A stretch of 64,000 nucleotides of DNA from Cenarchaeum sp. (GCA_965206845.1 OZ242221.1:896001-960000); one strand, 5' to 3'. Counted from the first letter of the stretch, positions 1 to 10,188 are shown. Notes: generated from the letters alone by a model not told the origin. Translations and numbers: made by a program.

Positions 1-479
1 ACCAGGTTCCCGTCGGCCGGTTGATGCGACGCGCGTCCCTGATAAGGTTGCCAGGGTCAGACAATCGAGGCATAACCGTAGATGACATAACCGGCTTTGA
101 GGACAGATCTGGTCCCATAAAGAGGGACGACACACTCATCTTCAATACTGGCTGGAGCGGGCAGGTTGGCCGCGCATCGTACTTTGAGAGGAATCCGGGG
201 CTGACGGCAGACGCCGCCATATACATCGCGGCAAAGGGGGTAAATCTGGTTGGAATCGATTCGCCCAGTATAGACTTGGGCACTGCCCGAGGCTTTCCGG
301 CTCACGGCATACTGGCGGAGAATGACATTCTGATACTGGAGAACCTGATAAACCTGGAGAAGATCCGCGGCGCGCACTTTGACCTGGTGGTGCTGCCGTT
401 AAAGATTCATGGAGCTACCGGTTCCCCGGTTCGGGCTGTTGCGGTTCAGCGCACAAACACGAAACGGTTGGATTTGTAG
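1..479 (+). CDS. Cyclase family protein (kynurenine formamidase-like), 5'-truncated by the window edge
   Basis: Motifs VGIDSPSID, AHGILAENDILILENL and LPLKIHGATGSPVRAVA; frame is open to the window start. Confidence 0.85.
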   Translation, partial: QVPVGRLMRRASLIRLPGSDNRGITVDDITGFEDRSGPIKRDDTLIFNTGWSGQVGRASYFERNPGLTADAAIYIAAKGVNLVGIDSPSIDLGTARGFPAHGILAENDILILENLINLEKIRGAHFDLVVLPLKIHGATGSPVRAVAVQRTNTKRLDL

Positions 480-1507
480 TTTCGGGAGAGTTCGCCGACT
501 ATGGGAAGCTGGTTTTTGCAGGACAGGCACCGGTTGTTCTCATCCAGGTTCCATGCCCGGATATCAAAGCCGAACCTCTCGATTGCCGTGGCGCCGCAGC
601 GGAAGCAGATCGTGTGCTCCAGGGGATGGCCGGGCACGTTTCCCAGATAGGCGTACTCTAGCCCCACCTCCTTTGCCACGTGGTGGTGCCTCTCCAGCGT
701 CCTAACCGGGGTCGCCTCCAGGTCCATCATCTTGTAGTCCGGATGAAACCGCAAAAAGTGGATTGGTGTATCAGAGCCCAGCTCGTCGTACACAAACTCG
801 CACAGTTTTCTTGCGTACCGCAGATCGTCGCCTACCTGCGGAACAATGAGATCGGTGATCTCGATGTGGATGTCTGTCTTGTCTCTTATCTCTAGGAGTG
901 TGTCAAAGATCGGCTGCGGGTCGGGCACCCCGATGTATCTCTTGGTAAAGCCGGGTTCTGCGCTGCCCTTAAAGTCCACGGTTATGCAGTCCAGAAACTC
1001 ACCCATCATCTCCACCGTCTGGGGTGTGTCGTACCCGTTTGAGACAAAGACGTTGTACAGCCCGTTCTTGCGAGCGATGACTCCAACATCCCTGGCAAAC
1101 TCGATAAAGATGGACGGCTGGTTATACGTATAGGCGATTCCGTCAGCCCCGTACTCCAGGGCGGTCTGCACCACCTCGCGGGGCGTCATATCCTGTCCCT
1201 CTACGCGCCTCCTCTGGCTGATATCATGGTTCTGGCAGTACCGGCATAGCCAGTTGCACCCGGTGGTGGCTATGGAGAGTACCCTGGAGCCGGGGTGAAA
1301 GTGAACCGCGGGCTTCTTTTCTATCGGATCAACGTGGCCCGCAATCACCTTGCCGTATACAAAGAGATCCAGCCTCCCGTCCGTGTTGCCGCGAATTCCG
1401 CACAGGCCAATCTGTCCTGGCGCCACCTCGCAGTATCTGGCGCATGCGGTACACCGCACCTTCTGCTGGGGCAGCTTCTCGTAAAGGGTGGCCTCCTTGC
1501 CCGTCAT
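446..1507 (-). CDS. amrS: AmmeMemoRadiSam system radical SAM enzyme
   Basis: N-terminal CTACARYC..GLCG, DPIEKKP, radical SAM motif GCNWLCRYCQN, C-terminal CxxC pairs. Confidence 0.9.
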   Translation of the reverse strand: MTGKEATLYEKLPQQKVRCTACARYCEVAPGQIGLCGIRGNTDGRLDLFVYGKVIAGHVDPIEKKPAVHFHPGSRVLSIATTGCNWLCRYCQNHDISQRRRVEGQDMTPREVVQTALEYGADGIAYTYNQPSIFIEFARDVGVIARKNGLYNVFVSNGYDTPQTVEMMGEFLDCITVDFKGSAEPGFTKRYIGVPDPQPIFDTLLEIRDKTDIHIEITDLIVPQVGDDLRYARKLCEFVYDELGSDTPIHFLRFHPDYKMMDLEATPVRTLERHHHVAKEVGLEYAYLGNVPGHPLEHTICFRCGATAIERFGFDIRAWNLDENNRCLSCKNQLPIVGELSRNYKSNRFVFVR

Positions 1508-1714
1508 CCATTCTACTACAGGCTGTTCGCATATAAGATAGTACGGGTTGTTGCGCCATCCTGGCCGCAGTCACTATCTGCGGTTTGGCCCCTCCTGCTC
1601 GTGTGTGCGGGAGCCGTGTCTGGCAGTGCGCCGGCCGGTTCGGCCGTGAAAGCGTTGCGACAACCCCCAAGTGCCACAGCAACCCTAAAAGCGTGGCAGG
1701 ACCACCACGTATCG

Positions 1715-2209
1715 ATGAGCAAGGCAGGGAATGCGTGGCGAAGGATGCACGGACGGATCACAAAGAAACCCACCAATTTTTCATGGCTCATCGAGGAGAG
1801 GCTGGCCGGTTCAGGAATGCCCACCACGTACGACGAGTTTGACTGGGTAATGCAGCAGGGCGTCCGAGCCGTGGTGACCATGACCGAGAACCCGCTGCCC
1901 GACCGGTGGACGTCGAACGTGGACTATCTCCACGTTCCGACACAGGATCTTGCGGCCCCCAGCATAGACGGCATAGACGCGGCAGTGGATTTTGTGCACC
2001 GGCATGTGTCAAAGGACCAGCCAGCCATGGTGCACTGCGCCGCGGGTCTGGGCAGGGCGGGAACCATACTCGCATGCTATCTGATTCGACACAAAAATTA
2101 CTCTGCGCGGGAGGCCATATCCGAGATAAGGCAGAAGCGGCCGGGATCCATACAATCAGACGCGCAGGAGCTTGTCGTGTCGTTTTATGAGAGGCACGTC
2201 AGGGGCTAG
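1715..2209 (+). CDS. Dual-specificity protein phosphatase
   Basis: Active-site motif VHCAAGLGRAG; start trimmed to ATG 1715 (MSKAGNAWRR). Confidence 0.9.
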   Translation: MSKAGNAWRRMHGRITKKPTNFSWLIEERLAGSGMPTTYDEFDWVMQQGVRAVVTMTENPLPDRWTSNVDYLHVPTQDLAAPSIDGIDAAVDFVHRHVSKDQPAMVHCAAGLGRAGTILACYLIRHKNYSAREAISEIRQKRPGSIQSDAQELVVSFYERHVRG

Positions 2210-2362
2210 TTATTCTGGAATCGACTCTGAGACCATCTTTCCGTCAACTATTCTGATCTTTAGGAACCTGTTGTCCTTGAAGACCAGCGTCAGGCCGCCC
2301 TCACTGTCCGGATCTTCCACCTTTACCAAATCCTGCATTCTGATTCCGTCAAACTTTGCCAT
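2210..2362 (-). CDS. 50-aa small protein, paralog B of a tandem pair
   Basis: MAKFDGIRMQDLVKVEDPDSEGGLTLVFKDNRFLKIRIVDGKMVSESIPE; similar to the upstream 50-aa ORF. Confidence 0.75.
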   Translation of the reverse strand: MAKFDGIRMQDLVKVEDPDSEGGLTLVFKDNRFLKIRIVDGKMVSESIPE

Positions 2363-2366
2363 TGTA

Positions 2367-2519
2367 TCACTCCGGAATCGAGACCGTCTCGATCTTGCCA
2401 TCGACTGGCGTGATAAAGAGAAACCGGTTGTCTTTGAAGATGATGGTTATTCCGCCCTCCTTGTCGGGCTCCTCTACCTCCAATACCGGCTGTCCCAGCA
2501 GCCCATCATACTTTGCCAT
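2367..2519 (-). CDS. 50-aa small protein, paralog A of a tandem pair (not in the ORF track)
   Basis: Manual translation MAKYDGLLGQPVLEVEEPDKEGGITIIFKDNRFLFITPVDGKIETVSIPE*. Confidence 0.75.
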   Translation of the reverse strand: MAKYDGLLGQPVLEVEEPDKEGGITIIFKDNRFLFITPVDGKIETVSIPE

Positions 2520-2550
2520 CGAGTTATCCAAGCTGCAGTGGGCCATAACC

Positions 2551-3081
2551 CTAATTTATGATTAGCTCGATCTCCGGGCTGTTGTTCTTGCAGCTCTGGG
2601 AGGGGATAAACTCGTGCTTCTGCCACGAGGCCTGCACCTCGGCGGATATGGCGTGTCTTCCAGATCCCAGCTCGGATGCCTGGAAGGAGATCCCCTCGTC
2701 AAAATCAAACAGCTCCTCCCTCACCTCCTCCTCGGTAAGCCGGATAAACGGCTTGAAGTTCTTTGCAACCTGAACCCAGACCCGCCGCTCCTTCATGGGA
2801 TTGACAAGCAGGGGATTTCGGGTCCAGAAGATGGATGCCTTTCTGTAGGAGTCTATCTGGCTGCCCAAGGTCCGTTTTCTGAACCCCCCGACCTGCAGCT
2901 TGATGCCGTACTTTAGCTTGAAGACGACATCGTTTTTGTCGTATGCCTGGGTCCATCGCTCCTCGGTGAAGGAGGCCCGAATCTGGCCCACCATGGAGAA
3001 TTTGACGTTGATTGTGATACGCTCGTCTGCGGAAAACCGATCCTTTGAACCCACCAGCTCCATGTTTGAAATCTGACTCAT
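2551..3081 (-). CDS. Hypothetical protein (176 aa), first gene of a probable operon with the two small paralogs
   Basis: ATG start, protein-like composition, 31-bp gap to the next gene. Confidence 0.75.
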   Translation of the reverse strand: MSQISNMELVGSKDRFSADERITINVKFSMVGQIRASFTEERWTQAYDKNDVVFKLKYGIKLQVGGFRKRTLGSQIDSYRKASIFWTRNPLLVNPMKERRVWVQVAKNFKPFIRLTEEEVREELFDFDEGISFQASELGSGRHAISAEVQASWQKHEFIPSQSCKNNSPEIELIIN

Positions 3082-3620
3082 GCATGCCAGCTGTTTTGTA
3101 TCCCTGTAATATTCCTACAGGTTCGGATCTCGGGCCGTGGGGCTCGTGCGTGGACTGGGAGGTTTGGGGATGCCGGGGTACGGCGCGGGCCGCACCCGGA
3201 CGTGCCCGTGCGTTCTGCATTAGGCACGGATACGTGAGTGGGCGCCTAGCCTCCGTGCGACCGGTGCACGCCATGGTGGCCACCTGCCAGGCTCGTCTGG
3301 AATCCCGCGCCGCGTGGGGGTTGACCCAGAATCCGGCTGCGTGTGCGCGCACGCCTCGCCACACAGAGCGGCCAGAGTGGGAGTCACGGCAGCCGCGGCG
3401 TGCCCGGCCCACAGGGACAAACCAGGGAGGCATGAATCGCGGCAGGCAGGCCGCCGCAGTCTCACGGCGGTGTCCAGATGTACCGGCTCCCGGCTCAGGT
3501 ATCCGTATTCTGGCGGTGACGCCAGACGGCGCCGCTGGCTGGAGCACTTCTCAGCCCTGCAGCAGGTCAAAAGATTTATTGTCTCTTGCAATACGGGATT
3601 AATGGAGGCAATAGACAGGT

Positions 3621-4382
3621 TTGACGTTTGTAGCAAAGACTGGTGGTTCAGATGGGATAAAGGCAATCACCTCTGCCATATCCACTCTAGTAGAGGAGGC
3701 CACCTTTGTCGCAAACGCCGAAGGAATTACATTCCGCGGAATGGATCCTTCGCATGTGGCCCTGATAGATATTCTATGGCCCAACTCCGCCTTTGAGAGA
3801 TACGAGTGCGACAGCGACATAAAATTCGGGGTGCGGGTAGACGAGTTCTCAAAGCTGATCAAGAGGGCAAGCAAGAAGGACGACATTGAGATAAGCATCT
3901 CAGAGAACAACATGCTTTTAGTCACAATAGGCAAGAACAAAAAGTACAAGATGCGGCTGATTGAGAGCTCCGTCACAGACACTCCGCTACCAAAGATTAC
4001 CTTTGACGTAAAGATTGGGCTTACCACGGGCACCTTTGACAAGATACTGGGCGATGTGCATGTGGTGTCTGACTATCTTACCATATCCACCACCGAGTCT
4101 GGCGCCGTGTTCTCGGGAAAGGGAGACGCAGGCGAGGTAACAATCGGGATGAGTCTGGGGAAGGAGGAGGACGATGCAGACTCGATAAAGAGCATGGATG
4201 TAAAGGCCGACGGCACCGGATCCTACAGCCTCGAATACCTCAATCCCATAGTAAAGGCGGTGGGATCCACCGCCGAGATCATCACATGCGAGTACTCGGA
4301 GTCAAAGCCGCTCCGCATAGAATTCATGGTGGCAAACATCGGCAGAATCCACTTTTACCTAGCACCCCGCGTCGACAACTAA
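3621..4382 (+). CDS. pcn: DNA polymerase sliding clamp PCNA
   Basis: GMDPSHVALI motif and C-terminal FYLAPR. Confidence 0.97.
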   Translation: MTFVAKTGGSDGIKAITSAISTLVEEATFVANAEGITFRGMDPSHVALIDILWPNSAFERYECDSDIKFGVRVDEFSKLIKRASKKDDIEISISENNMLLVTIGKNKKYKMRLIESSVTDTPLPKITFDVKIGLTTGTFDKILGDVHVVSDYLTISTTESGAVFSGKGDAGEVTIGMSLGKEEDDADSIKSMDVKADGTGSYSLEYLNPIVKAVGSTAEIITCEYSESKPLRIEFMVANIGRIHFYLAPRVDN

Positions 4383-4416
4383 AGATTTAAGTTAATTCGG
4401 GCAATTAGAGCTGAAA

Positions 4417-5835
4417 GTGAAGATTGTCATAAAATATGGTGGTACCTCACTTTCCACCGCCAAACAGATCAAAGACATAGCCGGGTTTGTGTCAGACAAT
4501 TCAAAGAAGAATGATCTGGTGGTGGTGTGCTCTGCGATAAAAGAGACCACCGACCGCCTGATCGAGATATCGGCACAGGTCAACCGGGGCAACAGAGCTT
4601 GCGCAAAGCAGACGGTTACGCAGCTCATCCGTACCCACAGAAGGCTTGCAAGACAAACTATCACAGACCTTCAAAACAGGAACAGTCTGCTGGACTCGCT
4701 GAAGGACGACTTTGTCGAGCTTACCGAGCTGGTCGACGGCATAGTGCTGCTAGGCGAGATCACGCCGCGCTCCAAGGATTATCTTCTCTCGTTTGGCGAG
4801 AGGCTCTCAATAAAGATAGTTGCCCATGCAATAGCCGATCGGGGAACACGGTCACAGTCCATCACCGGCAGCGATGCGGGGATCGTTACCGATTCGAATT
4901 TTGGGGAGTCAAAGCCCCTGATGGATACCACCACACTGCGGGTCTCAAAGACGATCGGTAAGATACTGGCCGGAGGAATGATACCGGTGATAGGTGGGTT
5001 TGCCGGGGCAGACCAACATGGCCACATCACCACGTTTGGCCGCGGCGGCTCGGACTACACGGCCACCATAATAGGGGTGTGCATGCAAGCAGATGAGATA
5101 TGGCTGATGACCGATGTGGACGGATTGATGACTGCGGATCCCAGCATCGTAAAAGATGCCATACTACTCCGGGAGGTTTCATACGTAGAGGCGACGGAGA
5201 TGGCGCTGTTTGGGGCAAAGCAGATCCACCCCCGTACGTTTGAGCCGCTGCTGACAAAAAAGATACTCATGCGGGTGCGCAGTACCAGCAATACGTCAAA
5301 CCCCGGAACGCTGATAACACCCTCCCCGAGCACGCGGGAAGAGAAGACGATCAAGTGCGTCAGCGTGAGGCGGCACAACGGGCTTGTCGACATCCGGAGC
5401 GGCAATATGGTGGGCGCCCGGGGCACCGCGGCCAAGATCTTCTCCACCCTGGCAAAGGCCGGCGTCAACATCACGATGATCTCCCAGAGCCCATCGGAGT
5501 CCAGCATATCCGTAGTGGTAAATAGTACCGATCTGGACGGGGCGATAAACGCGCTCGAGACTGAGCTGCTGGGCGGGATAATCAAAAGGCTGGAAGTCAC
5601 CGTAGATGTTGCGGTTGTTGCCCTGATAGGCTCCGGCATGAGGGGCACCGTGGGCATCGCCGCGAAGGTGTTTGGGGCGGTTGCCAGGCACAACATAAAC
5701 GTGGCAATGATCGCTCAGGGTTCGTCGGAGCTGGATCTGGCCTTTGTGGTAAAGGACGAGGATGCCGAGTCCGCCGTAATGGCCCTTCATGAGGAGTGCG
5801 AGCTCTCCTCGATCAACCAGCGTTTCGGAGTGTAG
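4417..5835 (+). CDS. lysC: Aspartate kinase
   Basis: KYGGTS, TFGRGGSDYTA, DVDGLMTADP and two C-terminal ACT domains. Confidence 0.95.
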   Translation: MKIVIKYGGTSLSTAKQIKDIAGFVSDNSKKNDLVVVCSAIKETTDRLIEISAQVNRGNRACAKQTVTQLIRTHRRLARQTITDLQNRNSLLDSLKDDFVELTELVDGIVLLGEITPRSKDYLLSFGERLSIKIVAHAIADRGTRSQSITGSDAGIVTDSNFGESKPLMDTTTLRVSKTIGKILAGGMIPVIGGFAGADQHGHITTFGRGGSDYTATIIGVCMQADEIWLMTDVDGLMTADPSIVKDAILLREVSYVEATEMALFGAKQIHPRTFEPLLTKKILMRVRSTSNTSNPGTLITPSPSTREEKTIKCVSVRRHNGLVDIRSGNMVGARGTAAKIFSTLAKAGVNITMISQSPSESSISVVVNSTDLDGAINALETELLGGIIKRLEVTVDVAVVALIGSGMRGTVGIAAKVFGAVARHNINVAMIAQGSSELDLAFVVKDEDAESAVMALHEECELSSINQRFGV

Positions 5836-6008
5836 GTTGGCAACAGGCTTCTAGCGCCCGCCTGTCCCTTATGGCGGATGGCCGCGGGGCCGGCATGCCG
5901 GATGCGGTAGAGGTCGTGGCACGGCTGAGTCTGCCCACAGGACGGACACGGGCCGGATCAGGTCTTTTGCCGCACCGAGTTCGGGCCTTGAAAAGTTGAC
6001 AAATTTTG

Positions 6009-6042
6009 TTATAGAATTGCCATTTATATTATAGAATTGCCA
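6009..6042 (+). promoter_or_regulatory. TATA box (TTTATA, 6023-6028) flanked by a 14-bp direct repeat TTATAGAATTGCCA
   Basis: Exact repeats at 6009-6022 and 6029-6042, upstream of tfb. Confidence 0.6.
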
Positions 6043-6084
6043 CTATCTGTTTCCTTTTATCCTAATTTGTGTAACTGTATATAA

Positions 6085-7002
6085 ATGGTAAGTAACTATG
6101 CTAGTGATTATGATGCCGAATGTCACCTAGATGCCTGCAAGACACAACCCGCAGTAACAGACTCTGAGCGGGGTGAGGTGTTTTGTGGCGGCTGTGGCCT
6201 TGTTCTGGTTCAGAGCGCGCCGGATGTATTAACTGACGGCCGCCTGTACATCCAAGACAGGCAAGCAGAAAGGACAAGAGTCGGTCCTGCCAGCTCGCTT
6301 ACAATGCACGACAGGGGCCTATCAACTGTGATAGGAAAGGATGTGGACGCAACCGGCCGTGCCGTATCTTCCAGCACAAGGGAGACATTTAACAGGCTGA
6401 GGATCTGGGATCAGAGAAGCAGAACGCGTTCTTCCTCATCGCTGGCTAAGGCACTGACTATTTTGAATGCGACAAAGACCAAGCTGGGAATTCCCAGCCT
6501 CATACTTGAAGACGCGGCATCAATATACCGGAAGGCTGTTTCTGCCAAGCTTACCAGAGGACGCACAATGCAATCGCTGGTTGCCGCCTCGCTCTATGCA
6601 GCATGCAGAAGAACCGGCACGCCCAGAAGTCTGGATGATGTGGCAGGTGCGGCAAATGTCGCAAAGAGGGTGCTCTCAAGGGATCTCCGCATGTTGATCA
6701 GGAGTCTTGACATGGATCTGAACCAGTATGATACGTCTGCATTTGTTGTGAGGCTTGCCAACAACCTCAACCTCCGGGAGAGGATAAAGCGAGACGCCCT
6801 AGACATCTTGGCAAGGTCGGAGAAGGAGAGAATTACGGTGGGGAAGCACCCTGTGGCGCAGGCCGCCGCGTCACTGTATCTGTCGTGCATTATGAACGGG
6901 GAGAAGATAACCCAGAAGGGATTCGCGCAGGCAGCGGGCGTAAGCGACGTCACCATAAGAAACAGAATGGCACAGATCAGAGAGACTCTCCAGATGCGCT
7001 AG
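6085..7002 (+). CDS. tfb: Transcription initiation factor IIB (divergent paralog)
   Basis: Zn ribbon (TDSERGEVFCGGCG), HDRGLST, two cyclin repeats, VSDVTIRNR. Confidence 0.93.
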   Translation: MVSNYASDYDAECHLDACKTQPAVTDSERGEVFCGGCGLVLVQSAPDVLTDGRLYIQDRQAERTRVGPASSLTMHDRGLSTVIGKDVDATGRAVSSSTRETFNRLRIWDQRSRTRSSSSLAKALTILNATKTKLGIPSLILEDAASIYRKAVSAKLTRGRTMQSLVAASLYAACRRTGTPRSLDDVAGAANVAKRVLSRDLRMLIRSLDMDLNQYDTSAFVVRLANNLNLRERIKRDALDILARSEKERITVGKHPVAQAAASLYLSCIMNGEKITQKGFAQAAGVSDVTIRNRMAQIRETLQMR

Positions 7003-7225
7003 TGGCACCCGCCAATCTGCCGTAACAATACAACTGCCGGGATGGCGCGCCGGAGTTTGTGCCTGGATCTCGTACCGGCGGCAGTGATGTTGGCTCCAGT
7101 GTTCCGATCAATAAGACCGTGCCTGTGATGGGATGGTTCATGCCACGTGTGGCGCTGATGTGCGGACGGGTCACTGCATGTTGGGTCTTTTATCGGTTTG
7201 CGACGGGTCACGTCCGTAGCGTGAA

Positions 7226-7537
7226 CTAGGAGTAGTTCCGCCAGGTGTATTTGCATTTTACGCACCGGTAAAACTGGGTGGTGGGCTCGTCAGCGCTGCG
7301 CGTCTGCAGCATCCACCAGACTGCCTCGTCATGCCCGCACTTGCCGCAGTCGATCTTTATAGTAGGAAGGACCTCCCGTCCCTCCGACTCGTCTAGTACA
7401 TTGAATCCGGAATCGCTAGTATCCGTGCTGGGCGCATCGACATGAACCGCGGCGGCCTCTGAGTAATCGCACTTGTTACACCTCAGCCCAGTGAGTCCCG
7501 TCTTTAGACGCGTCTGACACACGGGACAGAACTTCAT
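7226..7537 (-). CDS. tfs: Transcription factor S / RNA polymerase subunit M
   Basis: MKFCPVC and LQTRSADEPTTQFYRCVKC. Confidence 0.93.
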   Translation of the reverse strand: MKFCPVCQTRLKTGLTGLRCNKCDYSEAAAVHVDAPSTDTSDSGFNVLDESEGREVLPTIKIDCGKCGHDEAVWWMLQTRSADEPTTQFYRCVKCKYTWRNYS

Positions 7538-7539
7538 AG

Positions 7540-7821
7540 CTAGCTCTCCCGTATCGTTAATTTGAACAAACTCTCCAACTCTTCGATGTTTTTGGCTGCT
7601 ACATCCGCTGCATCGGTAACTGCCTTGACGGGTTCGCTCTCGTTTGTGCTTACGCGCATCCAGCATTCCTTGGTGAGGGGATGCTTAACCATGACTCCAG
7701 CAAAGTTTATGTCCTGATTCTTGAGAAGTTCGTGCTGAATTATGTACAGTGCCCCTATATCGGACTCCTTAACTGACAGATTGATCTCGTCAGAAGAAGA
7801 GCTTAGTTTTTCGACTTTCAT
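7540..7821 (-). CDS. rpoL: RNA polymerase subunit L (Rpo11)
   Basis: Size, FAGVMVKHPL motif and synteny with tfs. Confidence 0.85.
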   Translation of the reverse strand: MKVEKLSSSSDEINLSVKESDIGALYIIQHELLKNQDINFAGVMVKHPLTKECWMRVSTNESEPVKAVTDAADVAAKNIEELESLFKLTIRES

Positions 7822-7867
7822 ATGTTTCTGGCAGTCCACTTTATGGATATAAATCAAGAGGTGTATG

Positions 7868-9592
7868 CAGTTAACCCAAAAGTTAGGTTAACCTAATGCC
7901 TGCAAATCAAGCAATGCCCGACAATCCCCCGTATTTTGGTAAAAACCACGTTCAACTAACATGGCAGACGATCCAGAACACCGTCATCTGTAACGGTAAT
8001 GCCGACGCGTACGGAATCAAAATCCGTACCGTGCATCCATGCCATGTTTGGAAAAACAAGGGACGCTCCACGCACGCTAAATTCGTGCCTGAACCAGAAA
8101 ATTTCCCCAGACGGCGAGAACGGATACCGACATTCCAAACGCGGTGGCACGGGTCTTGCAGCATCATGTTGCCCGAAAGGGATTGCGGCCAGGCGCGTCA
8201 CGCGCGGGATCCGCTGCTCAGTACAGAGGCAGATAGTCTGGATCCGGCGATTCTCCGGGATCGGGCCCGTGCCGGGCAAGTACAAATGTCAGGTTGACCT
8301 TCAGCTGCGTCTGCGTCATGCGCCGCTTGCCTGCCCCGGCCTGTTTGGACGTGACTGACAGCAGCATGTTTATCGCCACCCATGCATTGAACATCACCAC
8401 CGAATACAGGAAGCAGAATATGCGGGCCGCGGTGTGCTTGCTGCACGTCTTTGCCCTCATGTTCTCTATCATGCGGTAGCCCGTCTCTATGCCCCACCTT
8501 TTGGAATACAGTTCGGCATCTGCCTGCGGCATGTTGGTGGCAAACCCGATGAACTTTTCCTTCGGGGGCAGGTCTTCTGACTCTCCGCCCTTGCGGCTTT
8601 TCTTCTTTCTCTCGGTTATAATCATGGTGTATTTTACCGAGACGCCGTCGGCGTTAGTGATGTACATCTCGGAGACTGCAGGGCGAATGCCTGCGGCAAA
8701 CTCGTCGATGGCGCTTACCACGGGATCCGTGTTCTTGCACGGCACGATGTAGCCTGCATCCAGCTCGTCAAACATGGCAAAGACGTCTGCAGAAAAGAAT
8801 TCCCGGTCAAGCAGGACTGCCCTGACGTTGGCGCCTGCATGGCGACACTCCTCGACCAGACTGCGCACGGATCTTGGAACAAAACCAAACGCCCCCATGT
8901 GAATGGCTCCCAGCACCAGGCGCGGCCCGCCCTCGACGCACTGCGCGGTGGCGTACCGCTCGAATGTTCCCGTCCCGTTCTTTCTTTTTGAGCGTGTCAG
9001 GTCGCTGTCGCGCTTTTTGTCCCACCGCGGAATCAGGTGCATGTCAATGGCAATTACCATCCCGTCGCCGGACAGCTGTCCCAGACCACGTGCCACATCC
9101 ATCTGCAGGCGCACCGATCTGGCAAAACCGTCCATCAGATCGTTCTTGTCCGTCTTGGAAAGAACGCCATTGAACCATTCGTCAGTCGGGGAGGCGCGGT
9201 GGTTGGTCTGCGCCCCGACGATCCCCTCGATCCGGCCCCGCACGGCAGAGGCCACCGAGCCGACCGAGGAGCCAAGCGTCACTGCCCACAGCATGCCACG
9301 GTTAAAGTCGTCCAGCCCGTATGTCGCGTTTGCCTTGTCAGATACCTTGATGCATGAGAGGATGTTCTCCTCTGCTGCCATTCGCGATGCTTCGTCGCGC
9401 ATTTTGGGGTTGTTCATCAGGTCCCGGCCCATGATGTTTGGCATGATGACTTGTTGTAAAAGATGTCTTTATGGTACGGTGCCATGCATTGCGCGAGATT
9501 GTGTAAAAAATTGCGCATGTGCAGGGTGCCGACGAGCCGCAAAAGGATTGGTCAATCAATGCATTAGAGCAGCCTAACTTTTGGGTTAACTG
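7868..9592 (-). mobile_element. Complete insertion sequence, ISH3-like (IS4-related)
   Basis: Perfect 20-bp TIRs CAGTTAACCCAAAAGTTAGG (7868-7887 and 9573-9592); 5-bp TSD GTATG (7863-7867 and 9593-9597); DDE transposase inside. Confidence 0.95.
8218..9444 (-). CDS. DDE transposase (ISH3-like)
   Basis: IAIDMH, LLDREF and YSKRWGIETGY catalytic motifs; intact 408-aa frame. Confidence 0.92.
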   Translation of the reverse strand: MPNIMGRDLMNNPKMRDEASRMAAEENILSCIKVSDKANATYGLDDFNRGMLWAVTLGSSVGSVASAVRGRIEGIVGAQTNHRASPTDEWFNGVLSKTDKNDLMDGFARSVRLQMDVARGLGQLSGDGMVIAIDMHLIPRWDKKRDSDLTRSKRKNGTGTFERYATAQCVEGGPRLVLGAIHMGAFGFVPRSVRSLVEECRHAGANVRAVLLDREFFSADVFAMFDELDAGYIVPCKNTDPVVSAIDEFAAGIRPAVSEMYITNADGVSVKYTMIITERKKKSRKGGESEDLPPKEKFIGFATNMPQADAELYSKRWGIETGYRMIENMRAKTCSKHTAARIFCFLYSVVMFNAWVAINMLLSVTSKQAGAGKRRMTQTQLKVNLTFVLARHGPDPGESPDPDYLPLY

Positions 9593-9993
9593 GTATGTAA
9601 TCGGCCGGCGGCAACAGTTGCGGGGTTTCCCCGTTGTTCCCTCCGACATATCCTAGAACTTACCACCACGCCGTAGAGAACCCGACACGGACGGCAGCGG
9701 GTGCGCCAACCCGGCTCGTGTCCGGCTCCGCCGCCCACAGCATCTGCCGGCCCGGCATGGTGCCATGGTTTGCCACGCTCGGCGCGGCCGGACGGGCCTT
9801 TCGGCATGCGCAGAATGGCGCCGGACCCCAAGGGCCATGACGGTGGTGCCAAGCCCGGATCTCGTGCAGCCGGAGGGGTACGGGGTTGTAAAGGCGGCCA
9901 TGCCATGCTGTATTCTCTTCGAGCAGGAAGCCGAAGCCAGGGTCGGGCAAGCCGAGTAGTATGTTTTTATAGTTTTTTTATTGATGAACAGGT

Positions 9994-10188
9994 GTGATAA
10001 TCAAACTAGAGTGCCAGGACTATGGTTTTGAGTGTGATTTTGTTCTGCAAGAAGAAAAGACCTTCACCATGATCAAGCAGCTAAGGGAACACTTTGAGGA
10101 GGAACACGGCATCGACTACTCTGTTGATGCGGTGATCCAGATGATTGTAAATCGGGGCCATTCCCGAGACTCGATCACGAAGGATTAG
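9994..10188 (+). CDS. DUF1059-like small metal-binding protein
   Basis: LECQDYGFECDF and EHFEEEHG pattern. Confidence 0.75.
   Translation: MIIKLECQDYGFECDFVLQEEKTFTMIKQLREHFEEEHGIDYSVDAVIQMIVNRGHSRDSITKD

Noticed and set aside
3103-3135. GGTTCGGATC as a tRNA T-loop
   Set aside because: No T-stem or cloverleaf; only a short CCTGTA-N7-TACAGG palindrome in a promoter region
2705-3796. Long overlapping ORFs (280, 185, 160 and 148 aa)
   Set aside because: Arg/Ala/Pro-rich products of GC-rich DNA with no motifs, overlapping real genes
7868-7893. GTTAAC in the IS TIR resembling the origin palindromes
   Set aside because: A 6-bp match is expected by chance
9930-9960. GCCAGG..GCAA..AGTAG resembling SRP RNA helix 8
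   Set aside because: Stem and tetraloop geometry do not fit, and no other SRP helices are recognisable
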